Positions 39,935 to 52,003 of a DNA stretch of 64,000 bases are shown here, piece by piece. The position numbers and the translations under genes were made by a program. Below the pieces are notes generated by a model that searched no databases, was not told the DNA's origin, and saw only the letters and a list, made by a program, of their open reading frames with translations. The stretch comes from Perkinsela sp. CCAP 1560/9 (Eukaryota > Protista > Euglenozoa: Kinetoplastea), in contig CBFFSA010000027.1 in NCBI GenBank assembly GCA_965644495.1, positions 1 to 64,000 of the forward strand, read 5' to 3'. How positions within the stretch are numbered: the stretch's first letter is position 1; each line of letters begins with the position of its first letter.

Positions 39935-42900
39935 AGTGGAGCGCATATATTATATACGCGCCGATTACTATCAAATGTGAGACATGTTCACCTTCCCCCC
40001 TTCTCTCAATTTTCAAAGAGAAACTATCCCGAAAATGAAATCTATATAATTTTATAAGCTGACTCAGCTTATAGTGATATTGTGTTTAGAACTTATATAC
40101 TATATTCTTGAGTTTGCGTGCAGCCGTCTAAGTATTTCTTTAGCTGCGCATAAATCCCTAATCCATTAAGCTCCTGAATCGTCAGCTTCATTTCGAGTTC
40201 GACCTGTTTCCTGTTTAGCATGGCCGCGTCTGCTAGCGAGTGTACCAAGTTCTGCGTATTGCGGTGCAAAGCGCCTCCTGCCAGTACGGGTAAACATTGA
40301 AATGAGTCTTCACGAATTAAGTTCGTACGTACATATGTGTTGGACTTTCGCTGCAGCGCGTCATTCATGAGCTGTGTGCATTTCTTTCCACGATTAGACA
40401 TTGAGAGTTCGTGAATAACTGTCAGATCATAGAAGACCGCACCCGTGTTCCAATAGATCACGAGATCGGGGCCAGACCGACAAAGTTTTTTTCCTGCACA
40501 AGTCTTCTGATGTACCAACTGGTTTTCCGGACTGATTGTGGATCGGCAAGCGATGCACTTCCACGTAGAAAAGTTTCTAGGTTCCGTTTCACATGGGATG
40601 CCTGCTTTCACGCATAGACGATGTAAAAATCCGACAAGTGAGTTATGTTTCACGGTCGTATTTATACCTGAACATTGAGCACAGCCTGGGATATGGGTGA
40701 GGGCGTTTCGGTTATTGAGGAGAATACCGCACCCTGGACACAATAGACTGGTAGGTAGATCTGGGTGTTGGGCATTTAGTCGTGGCATAATCGCGAGTTT
40801 GAAGAGATGGGAAGGGATGTACTTCGCGTTGGAAAGGATCCAGTCGCTGTTTCCTTTGAAGGATGTGGCTTGTAGAATGGGCTTAATGTCGGGATCCGTT
40901 TGCAACTCTTTCAATACTTCGACATGATGAATGCTGGTGGAAGCTTTTTCGTCCACTGGTATGACTTTCATTGTCGAGTTCTTAGGAATAGACGGGTGTG
41001 ATGGCACCGCGTTGTCGATCCGAGCTGAAAAAGAGTTTCGGCGCTCAAGAACCGAGTAGCGGGATGCCACATATGCCGTCTCCCTAAGGGGACTGCTCGC
41101 TGTCAAACCCATTCCTCCCTTCTTAACGGGTAATCGTACAATTTTCATTTGATCAGGAGAGAGTGGACCAATCCAAGTCTCTACCACATTTTCAACCTCT
41201 TGATCGAATTGTGATGATGCTTTCTCTGTTGTTTCGGGCGGGTGGACACGAATCAGGTATTGTTGACGAACATTGGCACATTTTGCTAAAAGAATCATCG
41301 ATATATTATTGATGCCCATTCGTTTTAGCCGCCGAAAAGCTGTGACCTGCTTCTCTAGTTGACGCAAAAGTCGTTCACTTATTGTGTTGTTTTCTCCAAT
41401 ATACGCTCCGAGTACTTTGACCGCTTCGTCCTCCGACTTTACACCTTGGGTGCTCAGCGAATTCGGTATGGAATTTCCGGATTTTCCTCTGAACCAAACG
41501 CATTTTGCCTCGGCTAGTTTCACCTGTTTTTCTTCTAGGAGACCTTTGAGCCTAAAGAATGCTTTCTCCAGTTCGGTTGAATCTCGAGACACTAACGTTA
41601 TATCGTCAATGTATGCATTTATTTCAATACCTGGAAATTCGGAGGCCAGTGTCTCGAGTATTGGTTGACAGAATACGCAAAAGTAAAGACTAGCCAGAGC
41701 GGACCCTTGCCGTACACCTGCTGAGCTCATTATAATGTCCGTCAGGCTGCCATCGGAGCCATAAAATAAAAGTTCGGAAGCATTTGAATATTCGGCCGCA
41801 AAGAACCTTTGAAAGGGTTTCAGTGTAGCGAAAGCAAAAACGCACTTTGCAATTTCCTCTCGTGAGGGTGAGTTGAATGCATTTTGCATATCCACAGTCA
41901 GGATTGAGTGTCCGTCAAGCCAGCGGTCCCGCAACTTGTGTACGATTCGTTCGCACCCCGCTTGAGAGAATACGCCTTGTTGCATTGGTGCAAAGAGGGG
42001 TTCCAGTGACTTTTCGTATCTTTGCAGCAGAATTATTCCAGCTAATTTGCTAAATATTTCTCCAATAGCTACTGGGCGTACTCCCCCGTTGGGCTTGTCG
42101 ATGGCTACGAGTCTTGCCCGATTTAGACGCTGTAGAACTTGTCTAGATAGGAATCCGTTGATCAGATCGCTCATCATGTGACAAAGACTATTGCAACATG
42201 GCTCGTCGTCTATGAGAAGTCTAACGATGCTGTCGGTCGTACCTGTAGGCCCAGGGCTCACACCTTTTGCCAGTCGTCTACTTGCACATCTTAATTCTTG
42301 TACGGCTATTCCTGCGATAATCGGTGCATCTTCCGGAACTTTGAAATTGCAGTTTTGTTCTGGATGAAGTGCACGTAGTTTTTGGACTTTTTCTTGATCA
42401 GTCAACGTGCTCTTCTGAAAAGAACAGTCCAAAATCCTTGAAGCCTTCGATGTACAGTTTTCTAGCACCAAACGAGTGGCCCGTTTGATTGCTCGCTTGT
42501 CCTCATGAAAAAACTCGTCTTCTGGTTGATTGTGTTCAACTGTCTCTTGTTGTATGGGTCTTCGCCGCCGTTGTCTACTATTGGCTTGACGCACAGAAGC
42601 TAATGAAAGTTTCATTGCAGACAAAACTTTATTCCAAATTTGATTTCTTTGTACGTAGTCGCTTTCTGCATAGATGTGCATGATGTCCCTGTATATGGCA
42701 ATCACACTGGAGATAAAATCAGGACTAATGGTTTTCGCGGTTGGAATTGGGAGATGGTCTACGTCTGCAGCTCCTGTGTCCAGCTTAAGCGCTCTGGCCT
42801 TTTTAACATGTGTTTCTTCGCGGGTCTCAATAGGAAGGTTCTCGTCAATGGCTGGAGGAGCTCTGTACCAACGGATCTGATATACACGGATATTTTCTTG

Positions 42901-43906
42901 CGGAGGAAGAAAACCTGGAAAACTTTCTTCTGCACGATGGCCGAACAGACCTTTATAGCTCAAATGTAGTTTCGACGCCCCGGTCCGATTCGCGGATCGT
43001 GTTACGGTTCCTTCGGAGATGTTCAAGGCGGTTTGTTTATCGAATGTCCACGCCACTGTGCATTTGGTTCCTTTTTTTATTGAAGAACAAGACTTCTGTA
43101 TGCGCTCGAAAGGAATGGGGAATTCGGTGTCTGGATTTATCGATTTTATGATGCCACCGATGTGGTTGTCTTGTTCCGGATTTCCTTCGCTATAAAGTAT
43201 GCTGATGACTTGATTTGTTGTTTCAGTTGGTTTGTCCTTTTCTTGTGTGTCTGGCGTGATGCAGTCGTAGAACTCGGTGTTACTTCCATACTCCTTGGTT
43301 TTGGGGCCCGGAGTCGTGCTAATTACCTGTATTTCGCTCGATGTGTCAGGTCGGAAACCTTCGTCGCCGTTGGGCGCAATTTCGCCGTACTGAATCGGTT
43401 CGTTGTTTTGTACGCGTCCGTTTTCCTGGACGTTCTTTGTACTCTTGTTGTGCTCGTTTTCCTTTTGGATGATAGCATCCTGCAGAACTTTAGCCTTCTT
43501 ACGGTAACTGTCCATGGCAACGGCCGACGGATTTAACGGTCGTAAAACGAGTTCATCCAGAGTAGTGGGATCTTTTGGTGGAGGGGTGGCCGCCTGAGCG
43601 TACGTTGGTTCCTTGCTCCAGTTCGTAAATGCTGTGTTCCGAGCGGTGTTCGTTCTTATTTTGATGCATCCTTCTGGGTGACGAATGGTTGGGCTCTCGT
43701 CTTGCGACACTTTGTCAGCTCTTGTCTGAAGAAGGTTGAGTTGTTTGTTTCGCCGATTGAAGAAATTTGAAGACAGCAGTGCGTTCTTAATTGTGACTTT
43801 GCAGTCACTTTTCGGCAGTGGGGTCGGCGATCGACGCATCGACGGAGGAGGAGATTGTGGACACTCAGATGGCGTTGATGGTGGTGACTCAGATGGCGTT
43901 GATGGT
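39935..43906 (-). mobile_element. Family C copy 1, nested in D with TGGCCA duplication
   Basis: TGGCCA at 39929-39934 and 43907-43912. Confidence 0.9.
40093..43839 (-). CDS. RT + Zn-knuckle + RLE polyprotein, 1248 aa (family C, slightly 5'-truncated)
   Basis: RPVAIGE, VDMQNAFN, GVRQGSALA, YIDD, CPGC..HIPGC..C, GPDL..YDLTVIH. Confidence 0.92.
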   Translation of the reverse strand: MRRSPTPLPKSDCKVTIKNALLSSNFFNRRNKQLNLLQTRADKVSQDESPTIRHPEGCIKIRTNTARNTAFTNWSKEPTYAQAATPPPKDPTTLDELVLRPLNPSAVAMDSYRKKAKVLQDAIIQKENEHNKSTKNVQENGRVQNNEPIQYGEIAPNGDEGFRPDTSSEIQVISTTPGPKTKEYGSNTEFYDCITPDTQEKDKPTETTNQVISILYSEGNPEQDNHIGGIIKSINPDTEFPIPFERIQKSCSSIKKGTKCTVAWTFDKQTALNISEGTVTRSANRTGASKLHLSYKGLFGHRAEESFPGFLPPQENIRVYQIRWYRAPPAIDENLPIETREETHVKKARALKLDTGAADVDHLPIPTAKTISPDFISSVIAIYRDIMHIYAESDYVQRNQIWNKVLSAMKLSLASVRQANSRQRRRRPIQQETVEHNQPEDEFFHEDKRAIKRATRLVLENCTSKASRILDCSFQKSTLTDQEKVQKLRALHPEQNCNFKVPEDAPIIAGIAVQELRCASRRLAKGVSPGPTGTTDSIVRLLIDDEPCCNSLCHMMSDLINGFLSRQVLQRLNRARLVAIDKPNGGVRPVAIGEIFSKLAGIILLQRYEKSLEPLFAPMQQGVFSQAGCERIVHKLRDRWLDGHSILTVDMQNAFNSPSREEIAKCVFAFATLKPFQRFFAAEYSNASELLFYGSDGSLTDIIMSSAGVRQGSALASLYFCVFCQPILETLASEFPGIEINAYIDDITLVSRDSTELEKAFFRLKGLLEEKQVKLAEAKCVWFRGKSGNSIPNSLSTQGVKSEDEAVKVLGAYIGENNTISERLLRQLEKQVTAFRRLKRMGINNISMILLAKCANVRQQYLIRVHPPETTEKASSQFDQEVENVVETWIGPLSPDQMKIVRLPVKKGGMGLTASSPLRETAYVASRYSVLERRNSFSARIDNAVPSHPSIPKNSTMKVIPVDEKASTSIHHVEVLKELQTDPDIKPILQATSFKGNSDWILSNAKYIPSHLFKLAIMPRLNAQHPDLPTSLLCPGCGILLNNRNALTHIPGCAQCSGINTTVKHNSLVGFLHRLCVKAGIPCETEPRNFSTWKCIACRSTISPENQLVHQKTCAGKKLCRSGPDLVIYWNTGAVFYDLTVIHELSMSNRGKKCTQLMNDALQRKSNTYVRTNLIREDSFQCLPVLAGGALHRNTQNLVHSLADAAMLNRKQVELEMKLTIQELNGLGIYAQLKKYLDGCTQTQEYSI

Positions 43907-46119
43907 TGGCCACACGAATGATATCAGCCTGACCCTTGTCTTTCATCAAAGACTCGCGCACTGCATTGTGGTGGACTTCTTCCGTAACCGCTTCATCAGT
44001 GAGAGGTCGTTGGCTGGAGAGCGAGTTCAGCGCTGGCAAATCCATTAGAGTAGCGGGAGCTGAAAGATGAATTGGTCGCTCCATAGCTGCTCGTTTGGAT
44101 TTGAAGAACGCTGCTTCGCGAATCGGTTCAGTTGGGGTGAGCCCGAGTCCTCCTTTCTTCAGTGGTAGCCTCATCCATGATATTTGGTCTTCGTTGAGGT
44201 TCCCGAACCATGAACATAGCGTGTTTGCCACCTGGGAATCAAACTGCCGACTGAGTTCCAAAGACGCATCAGGATGATGCACGCGTATGTCGTACCTGTG
44301 ACGCATATTCACGCAGTGCGATAGTAAAACGATAGAGACGTTGCTGGCCCCCATGTGCTGTAGGCGCCGGAAAGCTGCTTGATGCTTCACAACTTTTTGG
44401 ACTAATTTTTCGCTAACGCTTTCTTTCTCTCCGACGAAGGCCCCCAAAATGTTGGTAGCCCGGCTTTCGGATAAAACTCCCGCCTCCTGCAAGACGTGCG
44501 GAATGGGGATTCTTTCGATGCCTTCAAACCAGGCGCATTTTGTTGGGGATAATTCCACTAGCTTAGCAGTCAATAAAACTCGAAGACGGTTGTAAGCGTT
44601 GGCAATTAGTTCTGAGTCCTTTGATGCGAAGCTGATGTCGTCGATGTAGGCGTATATGCGAAGTGCCGGGAATTCTGAAGCAACGATCTCTAAAATTGGT
44701 TGCATAAACGCGCAGAACATAATCGTGGACAACGGCGACCCCTGCCTCACCCCGGCTGAACTTTTCAAGGTGGCTCCAAGATTGCCGTTGCTCCCGTAAT
44801 AAAGAAGTTCTGATGGACTGGAGTATTCGGCATTAAAGAGACGCTGAAAGGGGCGGAGACCATGGAATCCGAACACGGCTCTTGCAATTTCATCCCTGGC
44901 TGGTGAATTGAAGGCGTTTCTGAGATCAATAGCCAGAATGGCGCATCCCTCTGTGTATTTCTCGTTAAGCTTATGCACGACATGCTCGCAGCCAGACTTT
45001 ATCATAACACCAAACTGATAAGGCGCAAAGAGCGGGACAAGCTGTTTCTCGTGCCGCTGCAGAAGGACGATTTCGGCAAGCTTCAACCAGACCTCCCCCA
45101 CAGCGATTGGACGAATTCCGTTTCCAGGTTTGGGAATCGCTACAAGTCGCGCTCTCTTCACGCGTTTCATTACTTCTTCAGACAGTGATCCATTAATCAG
45201 GTCGGTAATCATGTGACACAAACTTAACGAGCACACCTCGTCGTCTAACAGGATGCGCAAAATTGAATCCGTTGTGCCTGTTGGTCCTGGCGCCGCCCCT
45301 TTGGCCATGCGTCTTCCGGCCTCCCGAAGCTCGACAGGCGTAATACACGCTGTCATCGGAGCATCTTGCGGGAGGCGAAATGTGGTGGGGAGATCTGGAT
45401 GCAAAGCACGAAGTTTTTCAATGGTTTCCGAGTCGCTGAGTGTTCGTGGTGTAATTTCCTGGTAATAACTCGGGACGCTTTGGAAACACACCCGTCTAAT
45501 GCCAGACTAGTTGCTTTCTTGATGGCCCGTTTGTCATCTATAAGACGTGGTCCGTTGGCGGTGGAGGTGTGTCCGTTTTGAGATTCGCCGTCTTGCAATG
45601 ACGAAAAATCGCGCGGGCGACGTCGACGTCGTTTCGCCGTTGCCTTCCGAATTGTGGCAAGAGAATATTTCATGGCTGATAACGTTCGATGCCATATGCG
45701 GTTCCTTTGTGGGTATGGGGATTCTGCGTAATCTCGAACGATGTCTCGGTAAATTGCAACTACGCAAGGAATGAATTCCGGTGCAACTGATCGCAGAGTA
45801 GGCATGGGCTCAAGATCTAGGTCGTTTTCTGTGTGTTGATAATTAACGCGAAGCGCCCGGTTAATTCTTTCTTCAGACCGGCAGCTTTTTATACTTCCAG
45901 GATCACTTTCCTGATGTGTGTTATTTTCCCACACGATCTTAAAGACGCGAACGTTTGCTTGCGGGGGAATATGACCAGTGAAGGTTGTTCCGATCTTGTG
46001 TCCCACAATCCCCACATACTCCATGGTCCATTTGTTCAAGTGCTTTCTTTTCTGCGACGCTTTAACGATTCCTTGTGATACGTTGAGGCTTGGCGAACAA
46101 TCAAAGCTCCAAGCCAAAA

Positions 46120-46211
46120 TAATAAACAAAAAGGGGGTAATAAACAAAAAGGGGGTAATAAACAAAAAGGGGGTAATAAACAAAAAGGGGGTAATAAACA
46201 AAAAGGGGGTA
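46120..46211. repeat. Type 2 18-bp repeat, ~5 units
   Basis: Direct inspection. Confidence 0.95.
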
Positions 46212-46283
46212 GAACATAAACTTGATGTCATTTTTTTTGGTACGTAACGTGCGGTAGGTTCAAGGTTCTCCCTTAAGCCTTCA

Positions 46284-47038
46284 TTTTTTTTTTTTTTTTT
46301 TTTTTACATATAAAAAATCCTCTCTTTTTATGTATATATTATCGGAATTACTAATGTGAACACTATTGTGGTATTCTTGATTTATCGTGTATTCAAAATT
46401 CACCGTTAAAGATTTCCTATTTTTTTTTTAACGCACCTCGCTAACGGCATTCAACTGGTATTCACAGGGCCGTTTCATCTCCATCGACCGGTGCCAAGTA
46501 TTTCCTAAATTGAGACATTGCGACCGAACCATTCAGTTCTTGCAATTGCAAAGCGAAATCCTGGTGAATCTTATCGCGTGCCAGTCCACATGCATCTGCA
46601 AGAGCCGACAATAATTCCTTGGTGTTTGGATGCATGGCGCCTCCAGAAAGCATGGGAATGCACAAAAACTGCTGTTTCGGAATTAAGCTCGACACGACGT
46701 ACCGGTTAATCTTACGCTTGATAGCGTCTCGCATGAGAATTGCGCCGCTGCGTTTGATGTTGGATTGTGAAAGCTCGTGTATGACGGTAAAATCATAAAA
46801 GATGTCCCCGTCTGCCCAATGGATGACTAAATCTGGCCCGGAATGGTGGAATGAACCAGATCCGCAAGTCCTTTGGTGTGACGCTTTATTTTCACCGTCA
46901 ACAGTGGTACCGCACTTTCCGCAGGTGTATGTCGCGAATTGTCTAGGTTCGAGCTCGCAGGGAATGCCGGCCTTAATACATAGCGCATAGAGTTGACGCA
47001 CCATTCTGTTGTGTTTTGTGGTAGCGTTAATCCCAGAG
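46284..47038 (-). mobile_element. Family D copy 2, 3' part with poly(A); continues at 57932-58277
   Basis: T22 at 46284-46305; near-identical to 39024-39738; RLE ORF 46462-47004. Confidence 0.88.
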
Positions 47039-47098
47039 ACGAAGTGAGAACTTCCGCAATGGCATTGTCAAAATTGAACGTTAATGCCTCAGTCGCAG

Positions 47099-48984
47099 TT
47101 TTTTTTTTTTTTTTTTTTTTATGAATCGCGGCATTGCCTCTATATTTTGACCCAGTAGACGAACCAAGTACATAGTAGGTCCATTGGGGGGTATACGAAT
47201 TTAAAACAAGCAATCAAATTAGCAAATCTTTTTATTTCCACAGAAGTATATTTTCTTTTTCTTTTTTCTCAGCCCAAAACTAGCAATTCAATCTCCCCTA
47301 GGTATATGATGATGATGATGTATTGGGCCTTTTGACTCCGAAAAGTTATGGCCCCTCAACTCCCCAAACGGGCAGTCCGAATACGTCTTGCGACGTATCC
47401 GGAGAGCCAGCCATAGCAAGCTACGGCTGACCTCCGCTTGGAGAGGAGTTAGGTTACAGCTAGGGAGGTGGGGTGCGCTATACCCCTGCGCCTTAGGTAA
47501 TGCAAATAAGGCGCCCCTTGACCAAAAAAAAACCACTCTATCTTTTGAGGGTGGATAAAAAAAAAACACAAACACATTCCAAAGATTAGCCCGAATGGCA
47601 CCCACCCTAGTTTCTTAGTACCTTGTTATATTCGGTACCGGGCGGTGCCACCCATTCTACGTTGCCAGAATGATATCCACCCTAATTATTTAGTGCCTCG
47701 TTTTACTGGCACCGGGTAGTGTCATCCATATTGTCTTCGTTGTGCTCACCCTAGTTCTTTAGCGTCTTGTTATGCGACGCCGGGTGAGTTAGCTCGGGAA
47801 GCTGGGATCGCTAAGTCCCATCATCCGACATAAGCCGGATGCCCTGACATAACCCCTAGGTATATACGACAAACAAGACACAGTAAAAATAAAAACAAGC
47901 AATCCAGGCCCAATCCATTCGCGCGTTCCGGACCGGGTCTTTCGACCACTCCACGGCCTGACTTGTGAACCCGTCCCTTGCTATACGGGAGGGCGCAGGC
48001 GCGGGCCTGTGTCGACAGCGACACGGTCGCGAAACAGGATGCTGGCCGACGGGGAGGAGATTCACTGCCCGTGTACTACCTCACTTGGGGTACCTAGCCC
48101 TCGCGGGCTAGGCGTGAGCATAGACTCTGTCGACCCGACCAGCACCCGTCCTGGATACCATGGCGTCTTCGTGCTGAAATAGGACTGTCAGTAGAGGCTT
48201 AAGCCTCTACCAAAGGATCCGCTGGGTCCTCTACGCGGATGCGCGAAACCATCATCCTGGCTTGAGAACGCATTAGCGTCACGTTCAGATCTGTTAGGAG
48301 ATCGTTTCGCGCTTGGTGTCGTGAAAGGAGCCCTTTGAATGCATTCGCCCGTTGGGTTCCGATGTCCCGGAGTAACGCTAGCGCACTCTCGCTCCAGGAA
48401 CCAAAGGATTCCACCACCATCGCTGTGAAGAGGTGTCCTGCTTTTTCTGCTTCTTGTCGCTGTCGCGCCTTGGTCTCCGCGAAGTGCTCGGCAAAAGACC
48501 CCGGGGTCACCCAGCTAGCATTGTGGACTGAGTCCAAATACTTTGTTTGCTGTGCGTGAGTGACCGCAAAATCTAGGACCATGCCTTGCGCTAAAGATCC
48601 TTTGGCGATGGAGGCATTTGGCAGAAATACGTCTGCTGGTCTCGTGAGAGCCCCCCCAGGACCCCGATTTCCCAAACTCTTCTCTCTCTGTGGCGCCAGG
48701 AAGGCTCTGCTGCAGAACGATGTAAATTGTTGGGCCAGAGCGTTGTGCCGTGAGATGATACCATGGCCGTTCTTGCAGAGCAAAGCGTGCTCTCCATTCT
48801 TGAGCAAGGGAAGGGTGCACCCGTCAGCTGGGCAAGGCCGATCTTCGGGGAAGACGTCCATGCCTAGCCACCAGCGTGTTAGGGTACGAAACTCCGTGTG
48901 GGTGAAAGCGTAGCCTCTGGTCTTGGAGGGAGTTGCGAAAGCCCAGTTTCCGGCCCCTTTTCCGGACTGCGAGATCCATCGCAG
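47099..48984 (-). mobile_element. Family E2, 5'-truncated CRE-like element (CCHC + RLE ORF 48199 to ~48984)
   Basis: Poly-T at 47099-47120, 3' UTR homologous to E, CPADGC..HALLC, RPAD..LDFAV. Confidence 0.85.
47308..47852 (-). mobile_element. 545-bp structured SINE-like insertion with 13-bp TSD and (ATC)n tail
   Basis: CCCCTAGGTATAT at 47295-47307 and 47853-47865; absent from family E UTRs. Confidence 0.75.
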
Positions 48985-49727
48985 TTTTTTTTTTTCTTTT
49001 TTTTTTTTTTATTGTTCCCCAACTTTGTGACCAACAACGCCCCGATACGAGATAGATAACTTACCAAATCCTTTTTTTTTTTTTTTTTTTTTTTGAACCT
49101 AGATCTTGTTTACATTACAACCGGTTAATAATTTCACCTTTGTGCTTTCCCTCTAATAATTTCACCGGTGCTCGCTGTTTCCCGTCGCTGTCTAGGCGTT
49201 TGGTTTTTTTTTTTTGGGGGGGGGAGTAGTATTGATTCTAATGTTTATATCTATGTTTCGAACTTTCCACCACTTAAAACCTTTCACCCTACTTCCTTCC
49301 TTCCCCTACTTCCTTCCCCTCACCGCACTCACTTCCCTTCCCCCACTTACGCCCTACCGACTGACGCGTCCCTACTGACCGGCTCGTCCGCACTGTGGCC
49401 CATGTGGTCCAGGACCTCCGCTCCCACCCCGTTAGCAGTATAAGATACTTTGAGTTGCTGTACGAGGGTGGGAGACTTAGAGGAGACGAAACGCATAGCC
49501 GCCGTCACGCCGAGGGCAAAAAGCGGGAAGAGGGACATGGCGGGACGGACGCGGGGACAAGGAGAAACGACGCCCGAGCCCATCGGTCTGGACCTCTGCC
49601 CCGACCCCGTGAGCAAGTATACAATACTTTGGGCTGCTGGCACGGGGGTGGGGGACGCAAGAAACGTTAAAAGAAAAGTTTTTTTTTTTTTTTTTTTTTT
49701 TTTGCAATTAATAAGGGGGGAGAAGTA

Positions 49728-50850
49728 TGAATCGCGGCATTGCCTCTATATTTTGACCCAGTAGACGAACCAAGTAGGTCCATTGGGGGGGGTATACGAG
49801 TTGAAAACAAACAATCAAATTAGCAATTCTTTTTCTGTCCACAGATGTACCTTTTTTCTCAGCCCAAAACTAGCAATTTAGTCTCCCCTAAGTATATACT
49901 ACAAACAAGAAAAACAGTAAAAATTAAAACAAGCAATCCATGCCCAATCCATTCGCGCGTTCCGGACCGGGTCTTTCGACCTCTCCACGGCCTGACTTGT
50001 GAACCCTTCCCTTGCTATACGGGAGGGCGCAGGCGCGGGCCTGTGTCGACAGCGACACGGTCACGAAACAGGATGCTGGCCGACGGGGAGGAGATTCACT
50101 ACCCGTGTACTACCTCACTTGGGGTACCTAGCCCTCGCGGGCTAGGCGTGAGTATAGACTCTGTCGACCCGACCAGCACCCGTCCTGGATACCATGGCGT
50201 CTTCGTGCTGAAATAGGACTGTCAGTCCGAATCCCTACCTATCTCACCTTGGGGTACCTCACTCACGAAGGCGAGGCGTGAGAATAGGCACTGTAGGCTC
50301 GATCGCTCCTGCCGGTCCGCAGCTGGCACGATTTGGTGTGGTGTCAGAGGGTGCCTCGTTCAGTAAAGCGAGACTGGCATGGATATCCACGTCTGCCATG
50401 CGTCTTACAAGCATTCGTGCCTGAGACCGCATGAGCGTAACGTTCATGTCCTGGAGAAGAAAAAACATTGACGCTTGCTCGGACATATCACCCTTACATG
50501 CTGCGGCTCTTTTTCCCGCGATCTTCTTCAGCATATGGAGGGACGTCGGGCTCCATGATCCGTACGATTCCACTACCATGGCGGTGAAATCATGTCCGGC
50601 CTCTATAGCCTCTTGCCTTTGTCCACGCTTGTGGTTCGTTGCATATTTCTCTGCGAAGGCCCCTGCAGCTACCATGCCAGCAGAACGGACCAGGTCCGTA
50701 TATTTCTGTTGCTGGACGTGGGTCACCGCAAAATCAAAGACAAGGCCTTTACCGAGCGTGTAGCTCGGAAGGAACACATCCCCTGGTCTTGTGAGTGCCC
50801 CCCCTGGACCTCTGTTGCCGAGGCTGTGCTCCCTTTTCGGAGACAAATTG

Positions 50851-50853
<3 letters not shown>
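49728..50853 (-). mobile_element. Family E 5'-truncated copy (RLE ORF end + 3' UTR)
   Basis: Matches the 3' 1.1 kb of the long E copy. Confidence 0.88.
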
Positions 50854-50881
<28 letters not shown>

Positions 50882-51971
50882 GTAGACGAACCAAGTAGGT
50901 CCATTGGGGGGGGTATACGAGTTGAAAACAAACAATCAAATTAGCAATTCTTTTTCTGTCCACAGATGTACCTTTTTTCTTAGCCCAAAACTAGCAATTT
51001 AGTCTCCCCTAAGTATATACTACAAACAAGAAAAACAGTAAAAATTAAAACAAGCAATCCATGCCCAATCCATTCGCGCGTTCCGGACCGGGTCTTTCGA
51101 CCTCTCCACGGCCTGACTTGTGAACCCTTCCCTTGCTATACGGGAGGGCGCAGGCGCGGGCCTGTGTCGACAGCGACACGGTCACGAAACAGGATGCTGG
51201 CCGACGGGGAGGAGATTCACTACCCGTGTACTACCTCACTTGGGGTACCTAGCCCTCGCGGGCTAGGCGTGAGTATAGACTCTGTCGACCCGACCAGCAC
51301 CCGTCCTGGATACCATGGCGTCTTCGTGCTGAAATAGGACTGTCAGTCCGAATCCCTACCTATCTCACCTTGGGGTACCTCACTCACGAAGGCGAGGCGT
51401 GAGAATAGGCACTGTAGGCTCGATCGCTCCTGCCGGTCCGCAGCTGGCACGATTTGGTGTGGTGTCAGAGGGTGCCTCGTTCAGTAAAGCGAGACTGGCA
51501 TGGATATCCACGTCTGCCATGCGTCTTACAAGCATTCGTGCCTGAGACCGCATGAGCGTAACGTTCATGTCCTGGAGAAGAAAAAACATTGACGCTTGCT
51601 CGGACATATCACCCTTACATGCTGCGGCTCTTTTTCCCGCGATCTTCTTCAGCATATGGAGGGACGTCGGGCTCCATGATCCGTACGATTCCACTACCAT
51701 GGCGGTGAAATCATGTCCGGCCTCTATAGCCTCTTGCCTTTGTCCACGCTTGTGGTTCGTTGCATATTTCTCTGCGAAGGCCCCTGCAGCTACCATGCCA
51801 GCAGAACGGACCAGGTCCGTATATTTCTGTTGCTGGACGTGGGTCACCGCAAAATCAAAGACAAGGCCTTTACCGAGCGTGTAGCTCGGAAGGAACACAT
51901 CCCCTGGTCTTGTGAGTGCCCCCCCTGGACCTCTGTTGCCGAGGCTGTGCTCCCTTTTCGGAGACAAATTG

Positions 51972-51974
<3 letters not shown>
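50854..51974 (-). mobile_element. Family E 5'-truncated copy with poly(A)
   Basis: T28 followed by the same 1.09-kb segment. Confidence 0.88.

Positions 51975-52003
<29 letters not shown>

Larger units (their letters stand above)
39024..46120 (-). mobile_element. Family D copy 1 (39024-39934 + 43907-46120), 5'-truncated, frameshifted near 45460, interrupted by family C
   Basis: ORF pieces 45353-46120, 43907-45491 (YIDD) and 39162-39934 (RLE); uninterrupted junction IIRVASAKG seen at ~58130. Confidence 0.88.

Noticed and set aside
49347-49643. Tyrosine-recombinase-like C-terminus (..GVGAEVLDHMGHS)
   Set aside because: No HxxR or catalytic Tyr visible; too short to call
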